NCBI GenBank assembly: GCA_951406725.2
Contig: OX597834.1
Span: forward strand, 36,580,001 to 36,644,000
Source of the DNA: Octopus vulgaris
Taxonomy: Eukaryota
Length of the DNA stretch: 64,000 nucleotides
Direction of reading: 5' to 3'
Below the pieces are notes generated by a model, which was given only the letters and a program-made list of their open reading frames with translations, searched no databases and was not told the DNA's origin. The position numbers and the translations under genes are program-made. Each line of letters starts with the position of its first letter. Position 1 is the first letter of the stretch. Below, piece by piece: positions 24,427 through 37,839 of the stretch.

Positions 24427-25729
24427 CTGTAAAAAAGAAAGAAAAGAAAAAAATATTTTAAAATCAAATATTGTCAAATAAGAAAAGAGAAAAATATATG
24501 ATTGTGACAAAATAATATGTGTCGATGTGTTTGTGTGTGAATGTTTTTGTTAATGTGAATGTGTACAAAGTGTGTGTGGCAATGTGTGTATGTGTGTGCG
24601 TCAATGTGTGTATGTGTATGCTTGTATCAGTGAGTTTGAGCATGTGGGAATACATAACAAAGGGACATAACTCAATAACACATGGCATTTTATCTGATGC
24701 ACCACCAATTGCACACTTCGCTGCATTACTAATACCACTACTATTACTATAACAACAAATAATAATAATAATAATAATAATCCTTTCTACTGTAGGCACA
24801 AAGCCTGATATTTGGGGAGAAGGGACTAGTCAGTTATATCGACCCCAGTGTTTCACTGGTACTTAATTTATCAACCCCCAACAGGCAAATAATAATAATA
24901 ATAATAATGATAATAATAATAATAATCATCCTTTCTACTATAGGTACAGGGCTTAAAATTTTGGAGGAGGGGACTGGTTGATTACATCGACCCCAGTGTA
25001 TAACTGGTTCTTATTTCCTTCATCCTTAAAGGATAAAAGGCAAAGTTGACCTCAGTGGAATAATGATAATAATAATAATAAAAAGAAGAAGAAAAATAAC
25101 AATAATAAGACAATTTGAAGTGTGTGGTTTGTAATAAAATAGATTTTGTTTATAGAACAATATTTTAAGTGTACATCCATTGTCCCCAGGTTCAAAGTAA
25201 AACAAGGATAAGGAAAAATTGGAAAATACAAAACTACAGAAATTCAAGAAATTTAGCTAGACTATCCTGTGTTCCTTCTTAGACAAAAAGACATCATTGA
25301 GTTTCACAAGTTTGGTTAAGACAAGAAGAAAAAGAAGGAAAAGAAGACAGCGAAAGAAGGGAGAGAACTGTTAGTCAAAACAAATTTGCATAAATCTGAT
25401 GGAAATCTCCTGTCATTTCGTCCACAATTAATCCAACCCCAGCATATGTACACTTCCTGCCAAGGGCAGGACACTAGTAATTTACAGATATTCTTGTCTC
25501 TTGTGTGTTTTGAAGACTGGAAGTGTAGAAGAGTCAGAATATTTTGGAGGAAACTATACTTTAAGGCAGAGACCCCCAACCGATGGGCTGTTGACCAATA
25601 CTGGGTCACTGACCATTTGGTGTTTCTATTTTAGTGGGTATCACAGTCTGCAGGGTGTTTTAACATTATATATGTATATATGTGTGTGTGTATACATATT
25701 TTTTTCTCTCCTTGTTTTTTACTGTGTCC

Positions 25730-25765
25730 CTTTCTGTAGAAGAGCGTAGGCTCGAAACGTAAAAG
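25730..25765 (+). ncRNA. Minimal hammerhead-like motif, family D1 (position-6 variant, extra A after A9)
   Basis: CUUU-CUGUAGA-A-GAGC-GUAG-GCUC-GAAA-C-GUA-AAAG: stem I CUUU/AAAG, palindromic stem III ACGU. Copies at 5690-5725(+), 26890-26925(+), 58953-58988(-) and 11578-11613(-). Confidence 0.55.
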
Positions 25766-26339
25766 ACTTTTTCTATTCCTGAGCATTATACTAATACATT
25801 TGTTTGTTTTGTACACCACCTGTCTTCGTCTTTTGCTTTTTTCGTAAACTCTCCCTATATATATATATATAGTTAATCCAAACATGAAAACACAAAGAGA
25901 AAACACAACAACGCGAGGACGTGGAACTAGTATAGTATTATTGGACGCTCAGGAAAGGAACGAAAGAAGGAGGATTTAACATTTCGAGCAGAGCTCTTTG
26001 TCACAAACATAGAAAAAGGAAAGGTTCAAGGAAGGGAAGATGGAGGAAGAAATCGCCAACGATACACACGTGGTTACATATTGAATGACCGGAATGGAAT
26101 GGGTGAATTTATATGTGTGTGTGTGTGTGTTAGTTGTCTACTCCTTATGCAGAGTTTGACCACTTCTTGTACCTACACTCTAGAACCATCATGGCATCTG
26201 ATATGGCTTTTTAAACCAATGTTTTGATAAGACACCCACATAGATTGCATATCTGATTTGGACCACCAAGAGCTCAGATAAGTTCTGATCTTTGTGGATC
26301 TTAAAATGTCTTTCGAGGCCTCTATTAGATTTGCAGACT

Positions 26340-26578
26340 GGACTGTTGGATGTTGTTATACATCACTGGTCACAATGCACTTTGCATTATTGTAGCTTTC
26401 AAATTATGCCACTCTTCTGGATTGGTGAGCATCCAACATTTTCTCCTGATCTGAGTGAACTGGAGCAAACACGAAATGATGCATTTAGCTTGAGGACACA
26501 ATGTACTGCCTGGTTTAGGAATTGAACCCACAATTTAGCAATCATGAGTGTAACACCCTAACCACTAGGCCACACACC
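26340..26578 (-). mobile_element. tRNA-derived SINE, head Y + tail P (decayed)
   Basis: Head shared with 57580-57700; tail shared with 29630-29712. Confidence 0.7.
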
Positions 26579-27290
26579 TTGACATCACACAGAAGTGAGC
26601 ACATAAGTGCCAAACAAGGCGGAAAAATTTTACTTGAATACCAAAGACAGAGAAATATACATTTTATTAAAGCTGCAAAATTATTACAGCACTGTTACTC
26701 AGAGTTTCACATTCCCAGACAAACGTGATGAAAACTATATGTATTCACAAACAGACAAACACACATATATGTGTGTGACCCTTCTGTCCATGACCCTTCT
26801 GTCTGTGACCCTTCTGTCCGAGTCAGTCGCCATGATAGATCGTTAGTCACTACACACATTTTGTTTCTCTCCTTGTTTTTTCTGTGTCCCTTTCTGTAGA
26901 AGAGCGTATGCTCGAAATGTAAAAGACTTTTTCTATTCCTGAGCGTTAAACTAATACATCTGTTTGTATTAAGTACCAGTCAAGTACTGGAGTCGATGTG
27001 ATCAACTTAATCCCTCCCCACAAATTTCAGGCCTTGTGCCTATAGTAGAAAGAATTATTATTATTATTATTATCATTAACGTGGCAAGCTGGCAGAATCG
27101 TTAGCACACCAGATGAAATGATAAGCGGTATTTCACCCGTTGCTATATTCTGAGTTCAAATTCTGCCAAGGTCGACTTTGCCTTTCATCCTATCGGGGTC
27201 AATAAATTAAGTACCAGTAAAAACCATCGATGTGATCAACTTACCCCCTCCCCACAAATTACAAACCTTGTGGCCAATAAAAAAGAATTA

Positions 27291-27334
<44 letters not shown>

Positions 27335-27464
27335 TATTATCATTATTATTATTATCATTATTATTATTATTAAGGTGGCAAGCTGGTAGAATCGTTAGCA
27401 CACAAGACAAAATGCTTAGTGGTATTTCGCCCGTGGTTACGCTCTGAGTTCAAATTCCACTGTA

Positions 27465-27639
27465 GGTAGGTGGGTAGATAGATAGATAGATAGATAGACA
27501 AAGGGATAGATGGATGGATGGATGGATAGACATAAAGATAGATAAGAAGATAGACAGAGAGACAAATAAGCAGACTAATAAACAGTTATCTAAATAGATG
27601 GATGGATAGAGAGACAACCTGATAGATTGATGGACAGGC

Positions 27640-27692
<53 letters not shown>

Positions 27693-27710
27693 GATAGATA
27701 GGTAGATAGA
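27465..27710. repeat. (GATA)n-type microsatellite
   Basis: Direct reading. Confidence 0.95.
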
Positions 27711-28066
27711 AAGAGGGAATGAGTGAAAGAAAAAACAAAGAGGAAATATAGCAATAAAATTAAAGGAAAGCTGAAGGAATAATACAATGAGAGAGATGTT
27801 GAAGAAGAAAGACTCTACCCCAACCACAGCTTGAACTCCACCCAAAACCCCATATCCAAAGAAAATGCCAACTGGCCACAAAATAAAATCTGGAAAAAGA
27901 AAAAAAAAATCAAAACATCAAAACAAAGAAACAAGGCCCCGAGAGCCAAGTGGTAAATCGAGAAAGAGTTTAATAAATATTTTAATAAGAAAAAGATGGC
28001 CATTAGGTACGATTGGATGATTATGTTAGTTTAGTTGTCATTTATTAGCAAACAAGGTGTCCACTT

Positions 28067-28157
<91 letters not shown>

Positions 28158-29043
28158 ACCACCATCATTGCCACCATTTGCTATTATCGTTATAACTGTT
28201 GCCACCACTACCACTACACTACCATCACTGCTATGCCCACCACTAGCACCACCACTGGCACCACTACTAGCACCACAGCTACCACTATCACAACCACTAC
28301 CACAACCCACCACTATCACAGCCACCACTACCACAACCACCACTACCAGCACCGCAACCAACACTACCACCACTATCACAACCAACACTACCACCACCAC
28401 TACGATTAATACAAACTATTGGCGCTCATGTCAGCTCTTAAAAGCCTTTCAGCTGATTTGCTAGTTCTCTGTTTATACATAGCAACAACAGTAACAACAC
28501 CAACAAGGAGAACAACAACAACACCAACAACAACATCAGCGGTAACAACAACATGACTGGCCCTGTTCAGACATGACACGAACATTAATGAGTTCAGAAT
28601 ATTTAAATATTATATTGTTTATATCAGATAAATAAGAAAGTGCAAGTGTGGGGGCGGGGGTGGGGGGTGGGGTGCGTGTTTGTATGTTTCTATCAATTTG
28701 TCTATCCCTTTGTATCTATATGTAAGTATATAAATATATATATACCATACACATATACATATATATATATATACATATATATACAAATATCTATCTATAT
28801 ATATATACATACATCTATCTATGCGTGTGTATATCTATATATATATACACACATGCGTAAACATACAAATAGACACTTACATATACATATATATATATAT
28901 ACACATGTATATTCATAAATGTATGTTCACACAAATACATATTTATGTGTACATATATATATATACATATATATAGATACATATATATATACATATATAC
29001 TTTATATATATATATATATACTACTACTACTACTATATATATA

Positions 29044-29455
29044 TTAGGTTGTCAAGAAAGTTTTTGTGGAATTTTTAATTTTGCTTTTAAATGATGTATT
29101 TTCAAATTAATTTTCTTTAAATTACTTTGAATAATTTATATATCATTTTAAAGCCCATTTTTCGCTCTATCTAATCATGTTACTCTTTTTCTTTTTTGAA
29201 TAATTACGCCATTTTTTCCAGAACATTGAATACAACATGGACAAAAAGCAAATTTGCACAATTTTCTTATTCCAGTTGAAGCTAGGCCAAAAAGTGGCTG
29301 AAACTGCTCGCGGTATCAATGACACGTTTGGCCCAGGAACCACTAATGAACGTACAGCACAACAGTGGTTCAAGAAATTCCATAGCAGTGATGAGAGTCT
29401 TGAATATGATAAGCGTAGTGGTCGGCCATCGGATGTTGACAATGGGGAACTTTCC
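29044..29455 (+). mobile_element. Mariner (Hsmar1/cecropia-like) 5' fragment: left TIR plus transposase N-terminal HTH region
   Basis: TA-TTAGGTTG terminus. ORF from 29237: MDKKQICTIFLFQLKLGQKVAETARGINDTFGPGTTNERTAQQWFKKFHSSDESLEYDKRSGRPSDVDNGEL. No catalytic domain or right TIR. Confidence 0.9.
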
Positions 29456-29591
29456 TCACTTGGAAAGAATGAATAGCCTGTGGTACACATTTCCCTTGGA
29501 TATTTACCACTTCCAAGGTTCCACTCACTATGAAACATTTAGCCTGGATCCCATCTGCCCCGTTCCTTAACTCTAGTAAATGTATATACAT

Positions 29592-29905
29592 ATGTCACCG
29601 TGATCACCATGACCGACCAGGCTATCAGATGTTGCTACACATCGCTGGTCACAATGCGCTTTACATTGTTTTAGCCTTCAAATGACGCCACCCCGCTGGC
29701 TAAGCGAGCAGGCCAACCGAAGAAAGAGTGAGAGAAAGTTGTGGCGAAAGAGTACAGCAGGGATCACCACCACCCCTTGCCGGAGCCTCATGGACCTTTT
29801 AGGTGTTTTCGCTCAATAAACACTCACAACGCCTGGTCTGAGAATCGAAACCATGATCCTACAACCGCGAGTCCGCTGCCCTAACCACTGGGCCATTGCG
29901 CCTCG
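29592..29905 (-). mobile_element. tRNA-derived SINE, head X + tail P
   Basis: Minus strand gaggcgcaaTGGCCCAGTGGttagggcagcggactc...GGTTTCGATTC (A and B boxes). Confidence 0.85.
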
Positions 29906-29919
29906 TATATACATATATT

Positions 29920-30222
29920 ACGGTGATGTACTTGCATAGCAAGTGACCTGATCTGAGATTGTGTGCTGAAACAATAACAATTGTAGCGTGTTTATAAGCC
30001 ATTTAAAAACACACAAAAACCGTTAGATTCAATTCAACATTTAAATTTAATTTGCCAAAATATTTTCGGCGCTTTGAGACCACGACCTGTTCACTGACTG
30101 AGATGCAGCACAGAATTCTGTTAGTGATCACATCATGGTCCCAAAGCGCCGAAAATATTTTGGCAAATCAAATTTAAATGTTGAAGTGAATCTAATTGGT
30201 TTTTGTGTTTTTAAATGACTTG
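29920..30222 (-). mobile_element. Fold-back Penelope-like element, family F
   Basis: Imperfect ~100-bp IR (29996-30098 / 30120-30222) plus unique tail 29920-29995, TA-flanked. Same family at 36171-36440(+); tail fragment at 22681-22746. Confidence 0.75.
30054..30098 (-). ncRNA. Hammerhead-like motif with G3-C8 core swap (family F)
   Basis: GUCA-GUGAACA-G-GUCGU-GGUCUCAAA-GCGCC-GAAA-AUAUU-U-UGGC. Confidence 0.6.
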
Positions 30223-32484
30223 ATATATATGATGATATATATATATAAAATTATAAATAAGGGCAAAAGAAAAAATTTTCTCAGGCAATATGCAGAAAAA
30301 TAGACATACAATATTTTTCACTATAAATACACAGCCCTTACTCTTTTACTTGTTTCAGTCATTTGACTGCGGCCATGCTGGAGCACCGCCTTTAGTCGAG
30401 CAAATCGATCCCAGGACTTATTCTTTGTAAGCCTAGTACTTATTCTATCGGTCTCTTTTGCCAAACTGCTAAGTTACGGGGGGACGTAAACACACCAGCA
30501 TTGGTTGTCAAGCGATGTTGTGGGGACAAACACAGACACACAAACATACACACACATACATATTCCGACTACCAAATCAACTCACATGGCTTTGGCTGGT
30601 CCGAGGCTATAGTAGAAGACACTTGCCCAAGGTGCCATGCAGTGGAACTGAACCCAGAGCCATGTGGTAGGTAAGCAAGCTACTTACCACATAGCCAAAC
30701 CTGTGCCTGCTTATTTATAATTGTTTATATTTTCACCTTGAAAGGTGTTTTAATATGCTAGAAAAATTTTATCCATATATTAGAAGTAAATTTATATATA
30801 TATACACATACACATCATCATCATTTAACATCCACTTTTCCATGCTGGCATGGATCAGAGAGAATTTGTTGAAAGAGATTTCCAACGGCTGGATGCCCTT
30901 CCTGTTGCCAACTCTCGCCTGTTCCAAAGCAAAGTCCATATTTCTCCATAACTGGACATGTTCTCTCAGAGTCCTGGGAATGTATGAGCAAATGAATGAC
31001 ACAGCTTGTAGGACAGTGACTCTCGTTTACAACAGTCACACGGTATCAAAATGAGGAAACACACACGACTGTATACACAGAAAAATGTGTACATACATGC
31101 ACACACACACGTGTGTATACACAGAAAAATGTGTGCACACATAGAAAACTGTTTACATACATGCACACATATGCATACGTGTGTATATACAGAAAAATGT
31201 GTACATACATACACATATGCATACATACATATGCACACACAGAAATCTGTGCACATACATGCACATATATTCACCCACACACACATGGATATACACAGAA
31301 AAACGTGTACATACATGCACACACACATACATAAGCACACAAAAACCTGTGCACATACATGCATACACATTTGCATACATATGCACAAACGCACACACAC
31401 ATACTTACACATACACATAGACATAGCATGATTTGTCAGCCATACATTGTTAAACCATTCGTAAAGGATGGAATAAATGGTTACGATAACAATGGCAGTG
31501 GTAGCGATGGTGGTGGTGGTGGTGGAGGTGGTGGTGTTGGTGGTGATAATGGTGGTGGCAGTGGTGATGCTGAGGATACTAATAAGAGTGATAGAGATGA
31601 TGGTATGAGAGGTGATGGTGATGGTGGGAGCAATAGTGGTGATGGTGGTGGTGGTGGGGTGATGTTGATGGTGATGATAGTAATAAGAGTGATAGACATG
31701 ATGATGATGATGGCAATGGTGGAGTCAGTGATGGTAAAGAAGATAAGAAAGACAAGTGTGTCGAAAATGAGTTATGGTGGTGGTGGTGGTGATGGTTACA
31801 ATGGAATGGTACTGTGATGTTGATGATGATGAGGATGAAAACGATAACAATGATGATGACGATGATGGAGAAGGTAATACAATTGTTGATAATGGTAGTG
31901 ATAATGAAGATGATGATGATGACAATGGTGGTGGTGGTGGATTGTTCTTGAGGTAGGAAGATGGCTGCAGACTGGATCATGAGCAATATCCCCTAGGGTC
32001 ATAGTAAAAGGTCAATTGGACAAACAGACACTCTGATGTCTTCAGCTCTAAGCACACACGCGCGCACAAACACACAAAACCACAAGCACATATATATATA
32101 TCTTGTCTTTTACTTGCTTGAGTCATTAGAATGTGGCCATGCTGGGGCACTGCCTTGTAGAATTTTAATTGAATGAATTGACACCAGTACTTTTTTTAAC
32201 AAAAAACCTGGTACTTATTCTATCAGTCATTTTTGCTGAATCGCTAAGTTATAGGGATGTAAACATACCAGCACTGGTGGTGGCTGACAAAGAAGGATAC
32301 AACAATACACACACACACACACACAGATTTCTTTCAGTTTCCATCTACCAAATCCACTCACAAGGCTTTGGTCAGTCTGAGGTTGCAGTAGAAGACACTT
32401 GCTCTAGGTGCCATGCACTGGGACTGAACCCACAATCATGTGGTTAGGAAGCAAACTTCTTACCACACAGCCATATATATATAT

Positions 32485-32810
32485 GGCATGTAAAAAGCAC
32501 TGTTTGAGCGTGGTCGATGCCAGTGCTGCCTGACTGGAACCCATGCTGCTGGCATGTAAAAAGCACCACTTGAACATGGTTGATGCCAGTGCTACCTGAT
32601 TGGCCCCTGTGCTGGTTGCACATAAAAAGCACCCACTGCACTCTCGGAGTGGTTGGCACTAGGAAGGGCATCCAGCTGTAGAAACTCTGCCAGATCAGAC
32701 TGGAGCCTTGTGCAGCCATCTGGTTCACCAGCCCTCAGTCAAATCGTCCAACTGATGCCAGTATGGAAAGCAAACGTTAAATGATGATGATGATGATGGT
32801 GATGATGATA
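32485..32810 (+). mobile_element. RTE LINE 3' UTR fragment ending in (GAT)n
   Basis: ggttggcactaggaagggcatccagctgtagaaac...gccagtatggaaagcaaacgttaaatgatgatg. Other copies: 6541-6775(-), 13720-13885(+), 40715-41015(-), 44580-44755(-), 46030-46430(-), 51716-51875(-), 53839-54027(+), 58610-58790(+), 63068-63300(-). Confidence 0.8.
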
Positions 32811-34879
32811 TATATATATATATATATATATATAAATGGAATAAAAACGCAATAGAGTACAATAAAACATTCGGACGGATAGATGAACATTACAAAGGTG
32901 GACAAGAGAAACAACAATTAGAAGGACAGGCAAAAAAGGACGTGTCATTTGTGACCTCTGTCCTCAGTCAAGTACCAGAAATCACAACCTTTTCGGGCAA
33001 TTACACTTGAGATGGTTCAATCTGATTGCCCCACCAAAAACGTCTAAGCTAAGAGCATTGGACCCCTTTGTAAGAAAGCTAGTGAATGTGTACAGCAACA
33101 AAGACAAAAGAGGGAGAACATGGTACACAATTATGAATACAAACACACACATGGATACACAAAGACTCATAAAAATAAGCAAAATACAAACCAAATAAGC
33201 AAAATACAAACTATTAATACAACCAGCTCAATATAAATGGGTGTTACTCTTCAATAACCTAATAAACCACTCCTTATGCCAAAACCATAACATTCATCTC
33301 ATACCAAGCAAGCAACATCATTCCACTCACCCTGCCAAGCTTTTGTTAAACACAACCACTGTATCCAGATTAACAAACACAATAGAATGGCTTTTGGATG
33401 TGAATATGTATGTCAGTAACTAAGGCAGTGAGGACAAGCAGAATCGTTAGCACACCTGATGAAAAGCTTTGTGGCATTTTCGTCAGTCAATCGTTAAGTT
33501 AGGAGTTCAAATTCCACTGAAGTTGACTTTCTCTCTCATCTTTCCAGGGTTGATGAAATAGGTACCAGTTTACTACTGGGGTTGATGTAATCGATTTATC
33601 TCCTCACCTGAAGTTGTTGGTCTCGCATACTCTTTTACTTGTTTCAGTCATTTGACTGTGGCCATGCTGGAGCACCACCTTTAATCGAGTAAATTGACCC
33701 CAGGACTTATTCTTTGTAAGCCTAGTATTTATTCTATCGGTCTCTTTTGCTGAACCACTAAGTTATGGTGACATAAACACACCAGCATTGGTTGTCAAGC
33801 AATGTTGGAGGGACAAACACAGACACACAAACATATACACACACACACATATATATATACAGATATACGACGGGTTTTTTCAGTTTCCGTCTACCATATC
33901 CACTCAGAAGGCTTTGGTTGACCCAAAGCTATAGTAGAAGACACTTGCCCAAGGTGCCACGCAGTGGGACTGAACCCAGAACCATGTGGTTCATAAACAA
34001 GCTACTTACCACACAGCCACTCCTACGCCTATAAATTTGAAACCAATATTATTATTATTATTATTATTATTGTTATTATTAAGGTAGCAACTTGGCTGAT
34101 TGTTAGCATGTCGAGTGAAATGCTTATTGGCAATTCGACTGTTGTTAAATTATGAGTTCAAATTCTGCTGGGGTCAACTTTGCTTTTCATTCTTTTGGGG
34201 GGTCAATAAGAAAGCCCAGTCAAACACTGGGGTTGATGTCATTGACTATCCCCCTCTCCCCTCAAATTCCAGGACTTGTGCCTATAGTAAAAAAAAGATC
34301 ATTGAAAGGGTGGAATGCAAAGCTGACCCCAGCGGCATTTGAACGGGGAACATTAAGGCACACAAAACGCTGCTAAGCATTTTGCCTGGCATGTTAATAA
34401 TTCTATGCAAAAAATATATAAAATCTTAAAGAATAATTCTAGGTACACCTAAAGTTACCCTCTAAAATATTGTGCTGCAGTCTCTCTCTCTCATACACAC
34501 ACAAATACATTACTTTTAAAAGGCAAAGGCTGATAGTGACTTCGAAGTTTCATGTTAGTCACTTTTGTCAATGGTTTCCTTGTGAAAGAAAAACATAAAA
34601 TATGCTATTTTATCAAAAGAGCATTATTGACTGATTATTGACAAGCATTGATTGACAAAGTCGACTGATTTTTTATATATAACTATTCATAAAATCACAT
34701 TTCAATAAATGAATGAATGTATCTTTCATCTTTTACTTCAATCAGTCACTGAACTCACCGCCTCCTCTGTAAATAATAATGGTATTTTATAAGCATTAAG
34801 CTTATAAGCAATCACTGTGCATTCACTAAAGAAAAAAGTCCAATACTAGGGCATATAAACCCTAGGCGGAAAAAAGTGG

Positions 34880-35340
34880 TGTGGGCAATGGCCATGCTCG
34901 AATGGTGTTTTTTATGTGCCACCTGCACAGGAGCCAGTCCAGTGGCACTGGCAACGACCTCACTCGAATCTTTATTCAACGTGTCACTGGCACAAGTGCC
35001 AGTAAGGCAACACTGTTAACGATCACACTCGAATGGTGCTTTTTATATGCCACTGGCATGGAAGCTAGTTTGTTGCTCTGGCAACGATCACGCTCGGATG
35101 GAGCTCTTAATGCTCCACTAGCACAGATACCAGTCATCGAATTTGATTTCGATTTCACTTGCCTCAACAGGTCTGCACAAGCAGAGCTTAGTGTCCAATG
35201 ACAGAAAGGTACGCATAAGTGGGCAGGTTACAACTCTGGCATAGGCCACGAGGTTGTGGTCTCACTTGGCTTGCAGGGTCTTCTCAAGCACAGCATATTT
35301 CCAAAGGTCCCGGTCACTAGTCATTGCCTCAGTGAGGCCA
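34880..35340 (-). mobile_element. RTE LINE ORF C-terminus plus part of the 3' UTR
   Basis: Minus frame [25 protein letters not shown], followed by the UTR shared with other copies. Confidence 0.85.
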
Positions 35341-35356
35341 TATATATATGTGTATG

Positions 35357-35393
<37 letters not shown>

Positions 35394-35422
35394 TATATGT
35401 GTATATATATATATATATCTAC

Positions 35423-35502
<80 letters not shown>

Positions 35503-35505
35503 GTG

Positions 35506-36920
35506 GTACAAGAGATACAGAGAAGAGGTTCAACTCAGGCAGACTACGACTAGTGTGTACATATACAGATTTAATATAATGGAGTTGTCTGAAACATATA
35601 TTAATACATTCGGAATATAAAGATATAGAAATATAAAAAATATATGAATGTTAAAAATATGCAAGGACAAATAAATACATAGATATATAAAGACATAACA
35701 GAATATAGATAAGAATAATGAAATGTAGAAAGTCATTTCTTTTAAGAATTCAAAATAAATTATGGAATGGAGGTAGTAACAGATGTTTGAAAAGAGCTAT
35801 GTACACAATTTGAAATTACAAAACATAAATTATGCATTGTCGTGGTCAATCATTGATGAGGCCCCACCATACAATACCATTACTGGCAGATGTTGACTCT
35901 GTATAAAAGAATTGTATATGATCCTTCCTTCGTATTTCTAATTCCGCTGTTTTAAATAAATTTTCTGAAGCTATTCATTCGTGTACCCCTAGATATTATT
36001 CAACTTTCAAGAGTAAATTTAAATTTGAACCTGCATATTAACATTTCCTAAATTTAAAAAAATAAAAAAAAACTCCTACCAGCCCTCTTAATAATTTTCA
36101 TAATTCATATGACTTATATATAACATAAATTAACTAAAACTTGCTAAACCATTTAATACAGAAGCTGTTCGATTCACTTCAACATTTAAATTTAATTTGT
36201 CAAAATAATTTTGTCGCTTTGAGACCGCGACCTATTCACTGACCACGAAGTTTTGTCAGTGAACAGGTTGTGGTCTCAAAGCGACGAAAATATTTTGACT
36301 AATTAAATTTAAATGTTGAAGTGAATCTAACGGCTTTTGTGTGTTTCTTAAATGGCTTATAAACACCTTCCACGCTGCAATTGTTTTTGTTCCAGCACAC
36401 AATCCCCGATCAGGTCGCTTGCTATGCAAGTACATCGTAAAAAACATTTAATACATTTCTAGCACAAACACTATTCTTTTTTTTCCCTAATGATGGGGGC
36501 ATTCCTTGGAAATGAATCATAAGACACCCATGTACTCATTGAATGAACTCTAGAAACGGTCGTCAGAATACTTCATTTCCTTTAAATATGGTACCAAAAA
36601 CTCTTTTCAAACATCTGTTACTCCCTCCATTCCATAATTTATTTTGAATTCTTAAAAGAAATGTCTTTCTACATTTCATTATTCTTATCTATATTCTGTT
36701 ATGTCTTTATATATCTATATATTTATCTGTCCTTGCATATTTCTAACATATTTTTATCTTTGCATATTTTTAACATTCATTATATTTTTATATTTCTATA
36801 TCTTTATATTCCGAATGTATTAATATGTTTCACACAACTCCATCATATTGAATCTGTATATGTACACACCAGTCAGTTGTAGTCTGCCTGAGTTGAACCT
36901 CTTCTTTGTATCTCTTGTAC
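35506..36920. repeat. Long inverted repeat (arms 35506-35796 and 36601-36920), probably inverted Penelope pseudo-LTRs
   Basis: The arms are near reverse complements over ~290 bp. A decayed hammerhead-like motif (…cattc…gaatg…GAAAC-GGTC-GTC) at 36487-36570 precedes the right arm. Confidence 0.85.
36255..36299 (+). ncRNA. Hammerhead-like motif with G3-C8 core swap (family F), in fold-back element 36171-36440
   Basis: GUCA-GUGAACA-G-GUUGU-GGUCUCAAA-GCGAC-GAAA-AUAUU-U-UGAC: stem I GUCA/UGAC, 5-bp stem II, palindromic stem III AAUAUU. Confidence 0.65.
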
Positions 36921-36995
36921 TTGGTTAGTGTCTTAGGTTCGACTTGAGCACGTCCTAACTTTCTATGCTATTCTAAAGAAGATTTATAATTACAC

Positions 36996-37058
<63 letters not shown>

Positions 37059-37095
37059 GTGTGTGTGTGTGTGTTTGTGTGCATGTGTGTATGTA

Positions 37096-37135
<40 letters not shown>

Positions 37136-37335
37136 AATTGACAGATAAAATATCCAAGGCTGCAAATAGTTTTCAGAACATTTATAAAGCGTTACCCAAC
37201 ACCTTCTGGGTCTTCTTGACACCAATACCTCTCATACCCTATATATATAGGGTATATATATATACCCTATACCCTATATATATATATATATATATATGCT
37301 CTGGGATCTTTCTTTCCTCTCTCTTCCTTCTTTAT

Positions 37336-37370
37336 GTTTCCGACGAAGAGCTCCGCTCGAAACGTCATAC
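37336..37370 (+). ncRNA. Minimal hammerhead-like motif, family D2 (U4C variant)
   Basis: GUUU-CCGACGA-A-GAGC-UCC-GCUC-GAAA-C-GUC-AUAC. Confidence 0.55.
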
Positions 37371-37456
37371 CTCCCTGCTTCCATTTCCTGAGCGCCTATT
37401 AATAATAATACTGTAATTGTTCCATTGTTGTTGTTTTTTTGTTTCCCGTTTGGATT

Positions 37457-37497
<41 letters not shown>

Positions 37498-37610
37498 TAA
37501 TTAATCCACAAAAATGAAGAAAACGGACAAGAAAAAACAAAAACAACAACAATGTGAATACGTGGTAAATGCAAAGTATTAGCAGATGCTCAAGGAAGAA
37601 AAGAAGGGTA

Positions 37611-37645
37611 GTTTTACATTTCGAGCAAAGCTCTTCTTCAGAAAC
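37611..37645 (-). ncRNA. Minimal hammerhead-like motif, family D2 (canonical CUGANGA)
   Basis: GUUU-CUGAAGA-A-GAGC-UUU-GCUC-GAAA-U-GUA-AAAC; perfect 4-bp stems I and II. Confidence 0.65.
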
Positions 37646-37663
37646 AGGAGAGAGAGGGAAGTC

Positions 37664-37733
<70 letters not shown>

Positions 37734-37805
37734 ATATATATATATATATATTATATATATGTATGTATGTGTGTGTATATGTATGTATGTGTTAGTGCAT
37801 GTGTG

Positions 37806-37839
<34 letters not shown>

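Noticed and set aside
25316-25634. Overlapping 82-97-aa ORFs
   Set aside because: No recognisable domain on either strand; possibly an old element remnant.
29237-29476. SETMAR-like host gene
   Set aside because: Only the transposase N-terminus next to a TIR is present; no SET or catalytic domain.
32985-33045. Hammerhead-like GGGCAAU/AUUGCCC-GAAA on the minus strand, and CUGAAGA-CCAU..AUGG near 8216
   Set aside because: Half of the catalytic core is missing in each; at most decayed relics.
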